From Parachlamydiales bacterium (lineage in GTDB: Bacteria; Chlamydiota; Chlamydiia; Chlamydiales; SM23-39), in contig JACVQJ010000011.1 in NCBI GenBank assembly GCA_015661075.1, positions 2,257 through 66,256 of the forward strand: a DNA stretch of 64,000 bases, given 5' to 3'. Below are positions 28,428 to 36,375 of this stretch, one piece after another; the first letter of the stretch is position 1, and each line of letters opens with the position of its first letter. The notes under the pieces are model-generated. The model was not told where the DNA came from. It saw only the letters and a list, made by a program, of their open reading frames with translations, and did not search any database. The translations under genes were made by a program, and so were the position numbers.

Positions 28428-29552
28428 TCAGGCGGTTTCGATCACACGGATGCCGAGCGCTTCACCGAGATAGACGAGTTCCCCGCGGCCGATTTTTTGA
28501 CCGTTCACAGTTAATGAGACTTCCTGATCGGGATGGATCGGCAGTTCTAAAAAATTGCCTGGGGACAGTTTCATCAATTGATCCACGGACATGCGCAATC
28601 GCGCCAGTTCGACAGTCACGAGCAGAGGAAGTTCCTTGACGGCCATCGCGCGCCCTTCTTCTGCAGATGCAGTTTCTTCGGTATTTTTTTGCGGCGCAGC
28701 GTCGCGCTTTTCCATAGTTTCCTCATAGAATAAGGCATAATCGAGCAACTTGATCTTGTTTTCTTTCACGCTGATGTGAAACAGCGGCGTTGATCCCAGC
28801 GATAGAGTCGCAGCCCCAACGCGAAGGCGAGGATCGTAGCCGCCCCTTTCGAGCAGGATGAAGTCGCCCTTTTCCAGCTTGTTCCACTCTTTGGTCGTTA
28901 ATCGGCAATTCCCGGTACAGATGCTGAGGGGCACTTCGATGCTCGGGGCGAGCGGCGACAAAGAAAACAGCTCCCGCATCGATGAAAAGTGGCGCTGCCA
29001 GGAGGTCAGCAAGTGGGCAGGCAAAACGAGGCGGCCCCAGCAAGAGCCATGTTCAAAGGACAGTTTAATATCGATGCAATAGGCATTCTCGATGCTCTCT
29101 TCGCTCTCTTCGTTGATTTTCAATGAAAAAGTAGTGATTGGCTCGATGGTTTGCAGGGCAGCTAAGGCCTCAAGAGCCAAAAAGCGGTAAAATCCCTCTT
29201 GCAGGATTTCCGAGTTGATGGTGCGGGTGCGGCTTTTGCCGTTCATCAGCCAGGAGGTCATGCGGGCGACATCTTCGCGCCCCATCATCCAGATGGCATT
29301 ACCGGATAGCGGGGAGATGGAGACGCTCAGACTCATGACATCCGAACCCAGACTCTCTTTAATTTTTTTCTCTTCGCGCCAGGTTCCTTCCCCCGTTTCA
29401 ATCGATAACGGTGCGCCGAATTGCGCTTTGATCGCGGAAGAGATGCGGCTGATATCCAATCTTGGTGCATTTCCATAGAGAGGAATTTTATCGAGCCGCC
29501 GCAAAGCGTCGTCGACTTTGCGCGCCCAAGCCAATGGAAGCCCATTCGTCAT
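28428..29552 (-). CDS. sctQ: T3SS cytoplasmic-ring / sorting platform protein SctQ (CdsQ)
   Basis: C-terminal SpoA/FliN-type domain LPLLVTVELARLRMSVDQLMKLSPGNFLELPIHPDQEVSLTVNGQKIGRGELVYLGEALGIRVIE. There is a 4-nt overlap with the upstream sctP-like gene. Confidence 0.85.
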   Translation of the reverse strand: MTNGLPLAWARKVDDALRRLDKIPLYGNAPRLDISRISSAIKAQFGAPLSIETGEGTWREEKKIKESLGSDVMSLSVSISPLSGNAIWMMGREDVARMTSWLMNGKSRTRTINSEILQEGFYRFLALEALAALQTIEPITTFSLKINEESEESIENAYCIDIKLSFEHGSCWGRLVLPAHLLTSWQRHFSSMRELFSLSPLAPSIEVPLSICTGNCRLTTKEWNKLEKGDFILLERGGYDPRLRVGAATLSLGSTPLFHISVKENKIKLLDYALFYEETMEKRDAAPQKNTEETASAEEGRAMAVKELPLLVTVELARLRMSVDQLMKLSPGNFLELPIHPDQEVSLTVNGQKIGRGELVYLGEALGIRVIETA

Positions 29553-30793
29553 TTTTCCCTCTCATTCATATCTTCTTTGCCGCCGCCCTCTTTTTTTCGC
29601 CGGATCAACGGACGTCCAGGCGATAGCTCTGTTTCAAGCCGGCCGATGCGAAATTTGATGCGATGATCTTCATAAGCAGCCGTAAAGGCCGACGTCAAAC
29701 TACTGATATTTTGATTGAATGCCTTTACTGCTTCCGGCGTTCCTGTGAGGCGGATGTTAAAAGAATCGGGAGCGCTGGAATATTTTGCAATGGTAATTGT
29801 TGTGTTGTAGAAGACGGAATTTTGAAACTTTGGGGAATTCAGCACTACTTCTGTTAAGGAAACGCCCGTTTTGGGCATCGACATGAAAACGACCGTACCT
29901 ACCATTTGATAAAATAGCGCGGCTGTTTGGGGGGTCAGGAACGGGGATGCCGATGTCTGGGCGATCTGCGCGACCTGTTGCGCCGCGGGCGGCAGCGGAT
30001 CCGGCGGACTGACGGGTGTTTGAGATTCAAAAGAAGCTTGTTTCTTGTGGCTATCTTTTTCATCCCCTTTATCTTTATGAGCTTCAGTAAAACCGCGCGA
30101 TGGGGCTGCTATTTTTTCCTTTTCTTGCCAGGCCGTTTTTTCTTTTTGGCTGATATTCGGCGCCGGGCGCTCTTCTTTTTTCACAGGAACGGTCGGCGTT
30201 TCTCTTTCTACCCAAAAGGCCTTTATCGGTTTTTCCCCTTTCATTAAGGGCGGAGGCGCGATGGGTAAGGAGGGCTGCGGGAGACCTTTTTTCTCCGCTG
30301 TTTTTTTTCCAGAAGATTCTTTTGACTGGATCGGCGACGCCCATGGGGTTCGGGGTTTTTCCTGACCAAAATTCTCGTGCGGCGAAGGGGCTTTGATCTC
30401 AACTTTTGGTTTCTTAAGGGTGGATGGACCGAAGATGCCCCCAAATTCTTTAGCTGTTTTTTTTTCAGGGACAGCTGATTGCTGCTTTGCCTGTTGATGG
30501 GTCAATGGCTGCGGCTGTTCGTTGAATTGAGTCGGGGGGATGGGCTGGTCAGGTAGATCGTTATTTTCCCAGAACTCTTCTGACTCGGGAAGGTTTTCGT
30601 CAATCTCGCCCTCTTCTTCCGGGGGGGTGGCGTATGGGCGTTTTTGCTGTTGGTCGAGTTCTACCTCGCTCACCTTTTCCACTTCCTCGACCGGGCGCAT
30701 GGCTTTTTGAAATTTCCCCGCATCAGCGCCTTGTGTTCCGCGCGCTCCACGCACAGGTTCGGGGGAAGTAGGACCGCCAACAGGGTTGGTCAT
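29549..30793 (-). CDS. sctP: proline-rich T3SS protein in the CdsP/SctP (needle-length regulator) position
   Basis: Its position directly upstream of sctQ matches chlamydial CT671. The N-terminal two thirds are low-complexity P/E/K-rich. The C-terminal globular part (VSLTEVVLNSPKF...FNIRLTGTPEAVKAF) is reminiscent of a T3S4/FliK-like domain. Confidence 0.55.
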   Translation of the reverse strand: MTNPVGGPTSPEPVRGARGTQGADAGKFQKAMRPVEEVEKVSEVELDQQQKRPYATPPEEEGEIDENLPESEEFWENNDLPDQPIPPTQFNEQPQPLTHQQAKQQSAVPEKKTAKEFGGIFGPSTLKKPKVEIKAPSPHENFGQEKPRTPWASPIQSKESSGKKTAEKKGLPQPSLPIAPPPLMKGEKPIKAFWVERETPTVPVKKEERPAPNISQKEKTAWQEKEKIAAPSRGFTEAHKDKGDEKDSHKKQASFESQTPVSPPDPLPPAAQQVAQIAQTSASPFLTPQTAALFYQMVGTVVFMSMPKTGVSLTEVVLNSPKFQNSVFYNTTITIAKYSSAPDSFNIRLTGTPEAVKAFNQNISSLTSAFTAAYEDHRIKFRIGRLETELSPGRPLIRRKKEGGGKEDMNEREK

Positions 30794-30902
30794 ATGTTGT
30801 CTCCGTAGATCAGGCTTATTTTGACTTTAGGGCGAATTCATAAACTTATCAAGAGGGCAGATGTGGATTTTATTCTTGGGCGCGAGAAAACCCAATCCTT
30901 TA

Positions 30903-31053
30903 GGGCTGATCGTTACCCACAAGTTCCGTTTCCAGAGGGAGGCGAGGCAAAGCCAGATGGAAGCGTAAGCGGTCCGAATGGTGAAGCCCATAGCTGAAAG
31001 CAGCAAAGCCGCAGCCCCCTATGGAAACGGAACTTGTGGGTAACGATCAGCCT
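30903..31053. repeat. MITE-like nested palindrome, copy B (151 bp), flanked by TTA
   Basis: 31-bp perfect inverted repeat GGCTGATCGTTACCCACAAGTTCCGTTTCCA at 30904-30934 against 31022-31052. TTA at 30900-30902 and 31054-31056; the wider direct repeat is CCTTTAGGG. Confidence 0.65.
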
Positions 31054-31094
31054 TTAGGGGCGGCGGGCGGCTCTAAAAACGTACAAAGTCGAGA

Positions 31095-31409
31095 TTAAGT
31101 GCTTTTTTGAATGAGCTTGGGTCGATAGATTCCCTTGTCGACTATTTCCAGCAGTCGTAGGGCTGCATGACTCGGAACTCGTTCTCCCGATTCCCAGGAT
31201 TGAACGGTTTTAATGCTGACATTCAAAACTTTTGCAAAAACGCCCTGAGAATACGGCCCCTTTTTTCGGATATTTTTAATGTGGTTGGCTGAGTATGAAA
31301 TAGGGGGTTCTGGGATTTCAATAATCTCGGATTGAAGCGTAATCTTACCTTGTTTATGAGCAAGTATTTCTTCGAGGCCTCCTTTTAATTCTTCAAAAAA
31401 TCTGCTCAT
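31095..31409 (-). CDS. XRE-type HTH antitoxin (YiaG/NadS-like)
   Basis: 104 aa. The C-terminal HTH is SQGVFAKVLNVSIKTVQSWESGERVPSHAALRLLEIV. Its ATG overlaps the inferred original toxin stop (ATGA). Confidence 0.75.
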   Translation of the reverse strand: MSRFFEELKGGLEEILAHKQGKITLQSEIIEIPEPPISYSANHIKNIRKKGPYSQGVFAKVLNVSIKTVQSWESGERVPSHAALRLLEIVDKGIYRPKLIQKST

Positions 31410-31864
31410 TTTTTCCCCTTAATTGCATTGGTTATCTTTTTCAAGACAGCTTTTTCTTCCGCGCTTAGGGATCGTTCAAGAATAAAGTTTAGTGTTGTCG
31501 AGGAGAAAAACGGTTTAGATTTTGAGAATTTTTCCGCAGCTGAGAGTCTTGTTTCTCTCTGTTGAACGATCCCTTAAATTTTCTTGTTCGTTTTTTTGAA
31601 AAACCTGAATCAGGTAAATAGTTTGCCTAAATACATAGTAAAAATAACAAACCCGAAAGCCTCCGCTCTTTCCCCTCGATGCAGATTTTAATCTTATTTT
31701 TCTAACGCCGCCAGTTCCTGTCAGGACAGTCCCCTTTTCTGGATTTTCAGCCAGCTCTCTTTTAAGGTCGTTGTAATCGTCCTGCAAAAGACTATGCCGA
31801 TTCAACAAAGCGGCAATTTTTTTGAAAACGCCGTGGTTTCGGTTATTTGAATCTTTGTATTCAT
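31406..31864 (-). pseudogene. RelE/ParE-superfamily toxin, inactivated by a homopolymer frameshift and a MITE insertion
   Basis: MNTKIQITETTAFSKK (frame a) continues as LLQDDYNDLKRELAENPEKGTVLTGTGGVRKIRLKSASRGKSGGFRVCYFYY..VFQKNEQENL (frame b, after the A7 run at 31817-31823). A 106-bp insertion then separates it from SAEEKAVLKKITNAIKGKK*. Confidence 0.65.
31468..31573. repeat. MITE-like element, copy C (106 bp), inserted in the toxin gene and flanked by TTA
   Basis: 12-bp perfect terminal inverted repeat GGGATCGTTCAA (31468-31479) against TTGAACGATCCC (31562-31573). TTA at 31465-31467 and 31574-31576. Removing it restores the toxin reading frame. Confidence 0.7.
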
Positions 31865-31965
31865 TGTACTACAGTGTAGGATATCTTTCTGCTATTTGAA
31901 AAGTAAAATCTCAAGCCTTTGTATATCAGTTGTGTTTGCGCTAACGAGAGCGTGTTTGATCCCTT

Positions 31966-32478
31966 TCATTCTTTATCCCGTTTTTCAGCGTCCCGTTTGC
32001 GGAGTAGATGCGTCGATGAACCTTGTTCGTCGTGCTGTTCCGCTTCCTTTTGCTCAGTCCAGTAGTGAACCTCTTTTTTCCATTCCGCTTTGTGCATTTC
32101 AAGTTTTTCGAGATCTTTTTTGCGCTGAAAGAGATCTTCCGTTGCCTGATCAACGAGTTTTTGGGCCAAATCGACCTTCGCTTTCTGGTCGACGACCTTT
32201 TTTTGCTTTTCCCGCAGCTTTTCATCCACGATCTTTAAATAGATCTTCATCTGCTGAATCTTGTCTGTCGTCGTTCCTTTGTCCAACGCATCGCGCAGCT
32301 GCTGGAGTTTGTCCGTCTTGTGCTGCAGGACGGAGTCGCGCTCCTGGGTCACTTCGTAGAGTTTTTCGTACGCTTTTTCCAAAATCACTTTTTTTTCCTC
32401 GAGCACTTTGACCGCCTGATCGAAGCGGTTTTTCTTGATCTGCATCAATTGCTCGAGCGGATAATTCAGCGGATCCAT
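31966..32478 (-). CDS. sctO: T3SS stalk protein SctO (CdsO, CT670-like coiled coil)
   Basis: 170-aa all-coiled-coil protein. The N-terminus YPLEQLMQIKKNRFDQAVKVLEEKK and the DKGTTTDKIQQMKIYLK segment match my recollection of chlamydial CT670. Its position lies between sctN and sctP. Confidence 0.7.
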   Translation of the reverse strand: MDPLNYPLEQLMQIKKNRFDQAVKVLEEKKVILEKAYEKLYEVTQERDSVLQHKTDKLQQLRDALDKGTTTDKIQQMKIYLKIVDEKLREKQKKVVDQKAKVDLAQKLVDQATEDLFQRKKDLEKLEMHKAEWKKEVHYWTEQKEAEQHDEQGSSTHLLRKRDAEKRDKE

Positions 32479-32598
32479 AGATCTCCAAAAAAATAGACTG
32501 TAGCAAGGTACATGAAAAATGAAAAATTAAAATGAGCTAAATTTATCCCAAACCAACAAAATCAGTGGGGAGACAGTGTATCAGCACCTTAGAAATAG

Positions 32599-32628
32599 TT
32601 GATTGTTAGTCCCAATATTGGGTATAAT
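32599..32628 (+). promoter_or_regulatory. sigma70-like promoter with an overlapping palindromic operator for the plus-strand TA cassette
   Basis: TTGATT (32599-32604), 18 nt, then TATAAT (32623-32628). The palindrome CCCAATATTGGG (32611-32622) abuts the -10 element. The ATG at 32638 is only 10 nt downstream. Confidence 0.4.
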
Positions 32629-32637
32629 TAGAAATGG

Positions 32638-33045
32638 ATGAGCGAACGTATGGAAGCGAAAAAAGAAATTCTCTGGATTGGCTCCTCTAAGCCAGACCTC
32701 CAATCTTTAGTGGGTGAGGCTCAAGATGAGATAGGATATGCCTTATTTCAGGCCCAAATGGGCGGGAAAAGTGAAAAAGCAAAACCGTTTAAAGGATTCG
32801 GTAGCGCAAACGTTTTGGAGATCGTTGTGTTTAGCATAGGTGGAACGTATAGAGGCGTTTACACGGTGCGCTTTAAGGGAGTAATTGCTGTGTTGCACGT
32901 ATTTCATAAAAAATCCACGCATGGAATAAAAACAAGCAAACAAGATATAGAGTTAATTAAAAGTCGATTGAAGCTCTCTGAGGAAGATTACAATGTTTGG
33001 ATGCTAAAAGAGGAAAAGAAAAATGAAAAAGAAAAAAGCCAATAA
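32638..33045 (+). CDS. Gp49/HigB-like (DUF891-type) RelE-superfamily toxin
   Basis: ILWIGSSKPDLQSL...PFKGFGSANVLEIVV...YRGVYTVRFKGVIAVLHVFHKKSTHGIKTSKQDIELIKSRL fits the phage Gp49-like toxin pattern. Confidence 0.75.
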   Translation: MSERMEAKKEILWIGSSKPDLQSLVGEAQDEIGYALFQAQMGGKSEKAKPFKGFGSANVLEIVVFSIGGTYRGVYTVRFKGVIAVLHVFHKKSTHGIKTSKQDIELIKSRLKLSEEDYNVWMLKEEKKNEKEKSQ

Positions 33046-33421
33046 AGAAGGAAGTGCAGAAACTCGCCCAAAAACAGGCGTCAAGAGCGTTTATGAGGAG
33101 CTGGGCAATAAAGATTTTAAAGAAATGGAAACAAAAGCCATTTTGGTAATGGAGTTAAGCAAGACAATCAAGAAACAAAAGCTGACTCAAACCGCTGTCG
33201 CTGAAGTCCTGGGAATTACTCAGCCCAAACTTTCTGCGTTATTAAGAGGTCAATTTAGAGGGTATTCAGTTGAGCGTTTGATTCATTTTCTTGTGGAGCT
33301 AGGCAAAGATGTGGATATTGTTGTGAAAACAAAGCCGCGCAATCGCAAAGGCCGAGTTAGCGTTTATCCTTGTAATGATAAAAGCGAGCCAAATCCACCA
33401 ATGGCCGCTCTGGGCAAATAA
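33023..33421 (+). CDS. XRE-family HTH antitoxin
   Basis: LTQTAVAEVLGITQPKLSALLRGQFRGYSVERLIHFLVELG is the typical partner of Gp49-like toxins. It overlaps the toxin 3' end. The true start may be an internal Met. Confidence 0.75.
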   Translation: MKKKKANKEGSAETRPKTGVKSVYEELGNKDFKEMETKAILVMELSKTIKKQKLTQTAVAEVLGITQPKLSALLRGQFRGYSVERLIHFLVELGKDVDIVVKTKPRNRKGRVSVYPCNDKSEPNPPMAALGK

Positions 33422-33437
33422 ACAATGTAAACTCCCA

Positions 33438-34754
33438 CTAAACAAACAGGGCTTTGAGCATGCGCAGCGTATCTTCGAAGCTTGACTTTTCGTCGATTTG
33501 CTGCTTGAGGAAGCGATTGACTTTATCGATGTATTTGAGGGCGAAGTCGGCGTTTTTGTCCGAGCCAGGCTTATATTCGCCAATGCGGATGAGCAGCTCG
33601 TTTTTCTTGTAGTTCGCCAGCACTTCGCGCACCTTGCCGATCAGATCGAGATGCGGCCGGTCCACGATCTGCGGCAAGACGCGGCTGATCGAGGCCAGAA
33701 CGTCGATGGCGGGATAGTGGTATTGGCGCGCCAGATCCGCTGACAGGATAATATGGCCGTCCAGAATGGAACGGACTTCGTCGGCAATCGGCTCGTTGAG
33801 ATCGTCGCCGGCGACCAGGATCGTATAAAAGGCCGTGATGGAGCCCTTTTCGCTGTTGCCGGAACGCTCCAGCAGGCGCGGCAATATCGCGAAAACAGAC
33901 GGCGTATAGCCGGCGCGGGCGGGCGGCTCGCCGGCAGCTAAGCCGATTTCTCTGAGCGCTCTTGCAAAGCGCGTGATGGAGTCCATCATCAATATGACTG
34001 ATTTGCCCTGCGCGCGAAAATATTCGGCAATCGCTGTTCCGACATAAGCGGCGTTGATGCGCATCTGGGCGGCCTGATCGGAGGTCGAGATGATGATGAC
34101 CGAGCGCTTCATCCCTTCCGTCCCGAGGTCGTTGATCAAAAATTCGCGCACTTCTCTACCGCGCTCGCCGATGAGCGAGATCACATTGATGTCGGCTTGC
34201 GCGTTGCGGGCGATCATGCCCATCAGAGTCGATTTGCCGACGCCGGCCGCGGAGAAAATGCCGACGCGCTGGCCTTTGCCGCACGTGAGGACGCCATCGA
34301 TGCTCCGCACGCCGACCGAAATGGGCTTTTGGATCAGCTGGCGCTTCAGGGGATCGGGCGGGGTATTGATGACGGGAAAGCTCTCTTCGAGAACGAGCGG
34401 TCCTTTGGTGTCTTCGTCGAGCGGCTGGCCCATGCCGTTCAAAATGCGGCCGAGCAGATTGGGCCCCACTTTGATGTGCAGGGGCATGCGCATGGGGATC
34501 ACTTCCGAGGACGGGCCAATGCCTTTCATGTCTCCCACGGGGGACAGAAGTACTTCATCTTTTGTGAATCCGACGACCTCGGCAATCAATGGTTCGCCGT
34601 CCCGCTTGATGAGGCAGATCTCGCCCATTTTCACTTGCGGAACGACGGCGCGGATCAACATGCCGATCACTTCGGTGATGCGTCCGTGAACGGTGGTGAG
34701 TTCCACATCCTCCAGATGACTCATCAGGTTATCGAAGGAAGGGCCTTGTTCCAT
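33438..34754 (-). CDS. sctN: T3SS ATPase SctN (CdsN)
   Basis: Walker A GIFSAAGVGKSTL, Walker B VILMMDSITRFA, and the F1/T3SS ATPase signature throughout. Confidence 0.95.
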   Translation of the reverse strand: MEQGPSFDNLMSHLEDVELTTVHGRITEVIGMLIRAVVPQVKMGEICLIKRDGEPLIAEVVGFTKDEVLLSPVGDMKGIGPSSEVIPMRMPLHIKVGPNLLGRILNGMGQPLDEDTKGPLVLEESFPVINTPPDPLKRQLIQKPISVGVRSIDGVLTCGKGQRVGIFSAAGVGKSTLMGMIARNAQADINVISLIGERGREVREFLINDLGTEGMKRSVIIISTSDQAAQMRINAAYVGTAIAEYFRAQGKSVILMMDSITRFARALREIGLAAGEPPARAGYTPSVFAILPRLLERSGNSEKGSITAFYTILVAGDDLNEPIADEVRSILDGHIILSADLARQYHYPAIDVLASISRVLPQIVDRPHLDLIGKVREVLANYKKNELLIRIGEYKPGSDKNADFALKYIDKVNRFLKQQIDEKSSFEDTLRMLKALFV

Positions 34755-34761
34755 TCATTTT

Positions 34762-35394
34762 TTATAGTTGGGTGTTCAGGATTTGTTTGAGTGAATCGAC
34801 GACTTTACCGAGCAAGGACGAAGAATATTCAATCTCTTGCTGGGCCTGCGACAGCTTGACCTGAACCAGCAAAAAATCGCCGGCATTCATCTGAATGCCC
34901 TTTTTGGAAATATTCTCGATCTGTTGCTGGGCCGCTGCCAGCTGGTTTTCGCCGTCGGTCACGTAACCGAGAAAGCGCTCGATCGGCTTCGCTCCGGATT
35001 GCGATGGCATCGGCGGCGTCTCCACGCCCAGTTTCGCATTCGCTGCGCGCAGGTGGGTCGTGGCGTCGGACAGCTTGTTGCGCAGCAGATGCTGCTGCGA
35101 GCGCCTGAACTGCAGGTCTTTCGTGCCCAGCTGATTCCTCACATTGGCCAGGCTGTCTTGCGATATGCCGATCTGGGAGATCAGGCTATCGAGAGACGGT
35201 CCCGCCGTCTGCACGGCGTATTGGGCTCCCGGGATCGCCGAGGGAGCCTGCGCCTGAAAACCCTTGGGCGGAGCTTGCTGGGCGGCCGTTGAAAAGCTCT
35301 GGAAATCCGCCCCCGGTGCCTGGGGCGTGGTCGTCCCTGGCTTGATGGGCTGATTGCCAAAGATCGGATCAGACTTGTCAGACGGTATCGTCAT
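34762..35394 (-). CDS. CT668-position protein with a needle/rod-like C-terminal domain (candidate inner rod SctI)
   Basis: The N-terminus is P/Q/A-rich and likely disordered. The C-terminus NAGDFLLVQVKLSQAQQEIEYSSSLLGKVVDSLKQIL parallels NPGQFILVQFQMSQVTQVGESISNMIGQVNSVINNAV of the adjacent needle protein. Confidence 0.5.
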   Translation of the reverse strand: MTIPSDKSDPIFGNQPIKPGTTTPQAPGADFQSFSTAAQQAPPKGFQAQAPSAIPGAQYAVQTAGPSLDSLISQIGISQDSLANVRNQLGTKDLQFRRSQQHLLRNKLSDATTHLRAANAKLGVETPPMPSQSGAKPIERFLGYVTDGENQLAAAQQQIENISKKGIQMNAGDFLLVQVKLSQAQQEIEYSSSLLGKVVDSLKQILNTQL

Positions 35395-35418
35395 CGTTTT
35401 TCCGTTGCACTACTCGCG

Positions 35419-35850
35419 TTACTTCGCTTTTTTTTGGCCCTGGACAGGCGTCGGCGTCTTTTTCAAAAACTTCTCGGCGAAGTCGATCGCGGTATTGGAG
35501 AGGTTTTTGAGCATGGGGTCATGCGACTTCAGCGTTTGATGCAGGATTTTTTCGCCTTTGTCCAATGACGCCGGGTTCAAGCTCATGCAAATGCCGAGCA
35601 GTGTCTTGGCCATTTCATTTTTTGGCTCTTTGGCCAGCACATCTTCGAACGCTTTGCAGGCTTGCTTGAGCTCGAGTTTATGCAAATGCAAATAGCCCAT
35701 GCCGACCGTGGGTAAAGTGTTGTCTGGATTGAGCATTGCAGCTGCTTTGAACAGCTTGATCGCAGAATCTTCGTCCGCCTGGTTGACGGCAATGAATCCG
35801 CATTCGAGAAAGAGAATCCAGTCCTCTTTGTAATCTTTCCAATTTGCCAT
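35419..35850 (-). CDS. TPR-type T3SS chaperone (CdsG/YscG-like position)
   Basis: 143 aa with TPR-like helical pairs (AIKLFKAAAMLNPDN, ACKAFEDVLAKEPKN). It lies immediately downstream of the needle gene, as in chlamydial CT667. Confidence 0.55.
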   Translation of the reverse strand: MANWKDYKEDWILFLECGFIAVNQADEDSAIKLFKAAAMLNPDNTLPTVGMGYLHLHKLELKQACKAFEDVLAKEPKNEMAKTLLGICMSLNPASLDKGEKILHQTLKSHDPMLKNLSNTAIDFAEKFLKKTPTPVQGQKKAK

Positions 35851-35867
35851 AGTTCCTCAACTTGCCT

Positions 35868-36113
35868 TTATCGTGATTGTTGGTTTTTTACTGCGTTGTT
35901 GATCACCGAATTGACCTGCCCGATCATGTTCGAGATCGATTCGCCGACCTGCGTCACCTGGCTCATCTGAAATTGCACGAGGATGAACTGGCCCGGATTG
36001 GCCGAACTCATCTTGCTCGCGAGCGAGCGCACCTGTTGTAACAGCTGATCTTGCAACTTTTTGTAATTAGAGATGAGCGAATTAAACGATAATGAAGTGT
36101 CGTTTGTTTTCAT
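35868..36113 (-). CDS. sctF: T3SS needle filament protein SctF (CdsF)
   Basis: 81-aa helix-turn-helix protein with an NPG turn and a conserved C-terminal helix. Its position matches chlamydial CT666. Confidence 0.7.
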   Translation of the reverse strand: MKTNDTSLSFNSLISNYKKLQDQLLQQVRSLASKMSSANPGQFILVQFQMSQVTQVGESISNMIGQVNSVINNAVKNQQSR

Positions 36114-36122
36114 TGATAGCCC

Positions 36123-36359
36123 CTATTTCGCTGCTTTTTTGATGGCTTTTTGAAGAGCGGTGTAGCCGTGCAGTAGAATTCCCAACTGATCGAAATCCTT
36201 ATCGCTCGCACCAACTCTTAGCGCTTGTTTAATTTCCTGGATCCTGTTTTCCGCTTTCAACAGCAGCTCTTTGCTGCGGCCGGGGCGCTCCTTCAATTCG
36301 ACTTCGAGATCGAACATGAATTTTCCAGGGCCTTTCTTGCCTTTTTCTAGTCCGTACAT
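36123..36359 (-). CDS. small helical protein in the CdsE/YscE (needle co-chaperone) position
   Basis: 78 aa, helical, located between sctD and sctF as for CT665. The assignment rests on position only. Confidence 0.45.
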   Translation of the reverse strand: MYGLEKGKKGPGKFMFDLEVELKERPGRSKELLLKAENRIQEIKQALRVGASDKDFDQLGILLHGYTALQKAIKKAAK

Positions 36360-36375
36360 TCTGACTCCTTTCCCC

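Noticed and set aside
30897-31059. TTAGGG-containing flanks of several palindromic elements, considered as telomere-like repeats.
   Set aside because: They occur as single copies at element boundaries, not as tandem arrays. They are explained by TTA target duplication next to GG-initiated inverted repeats.
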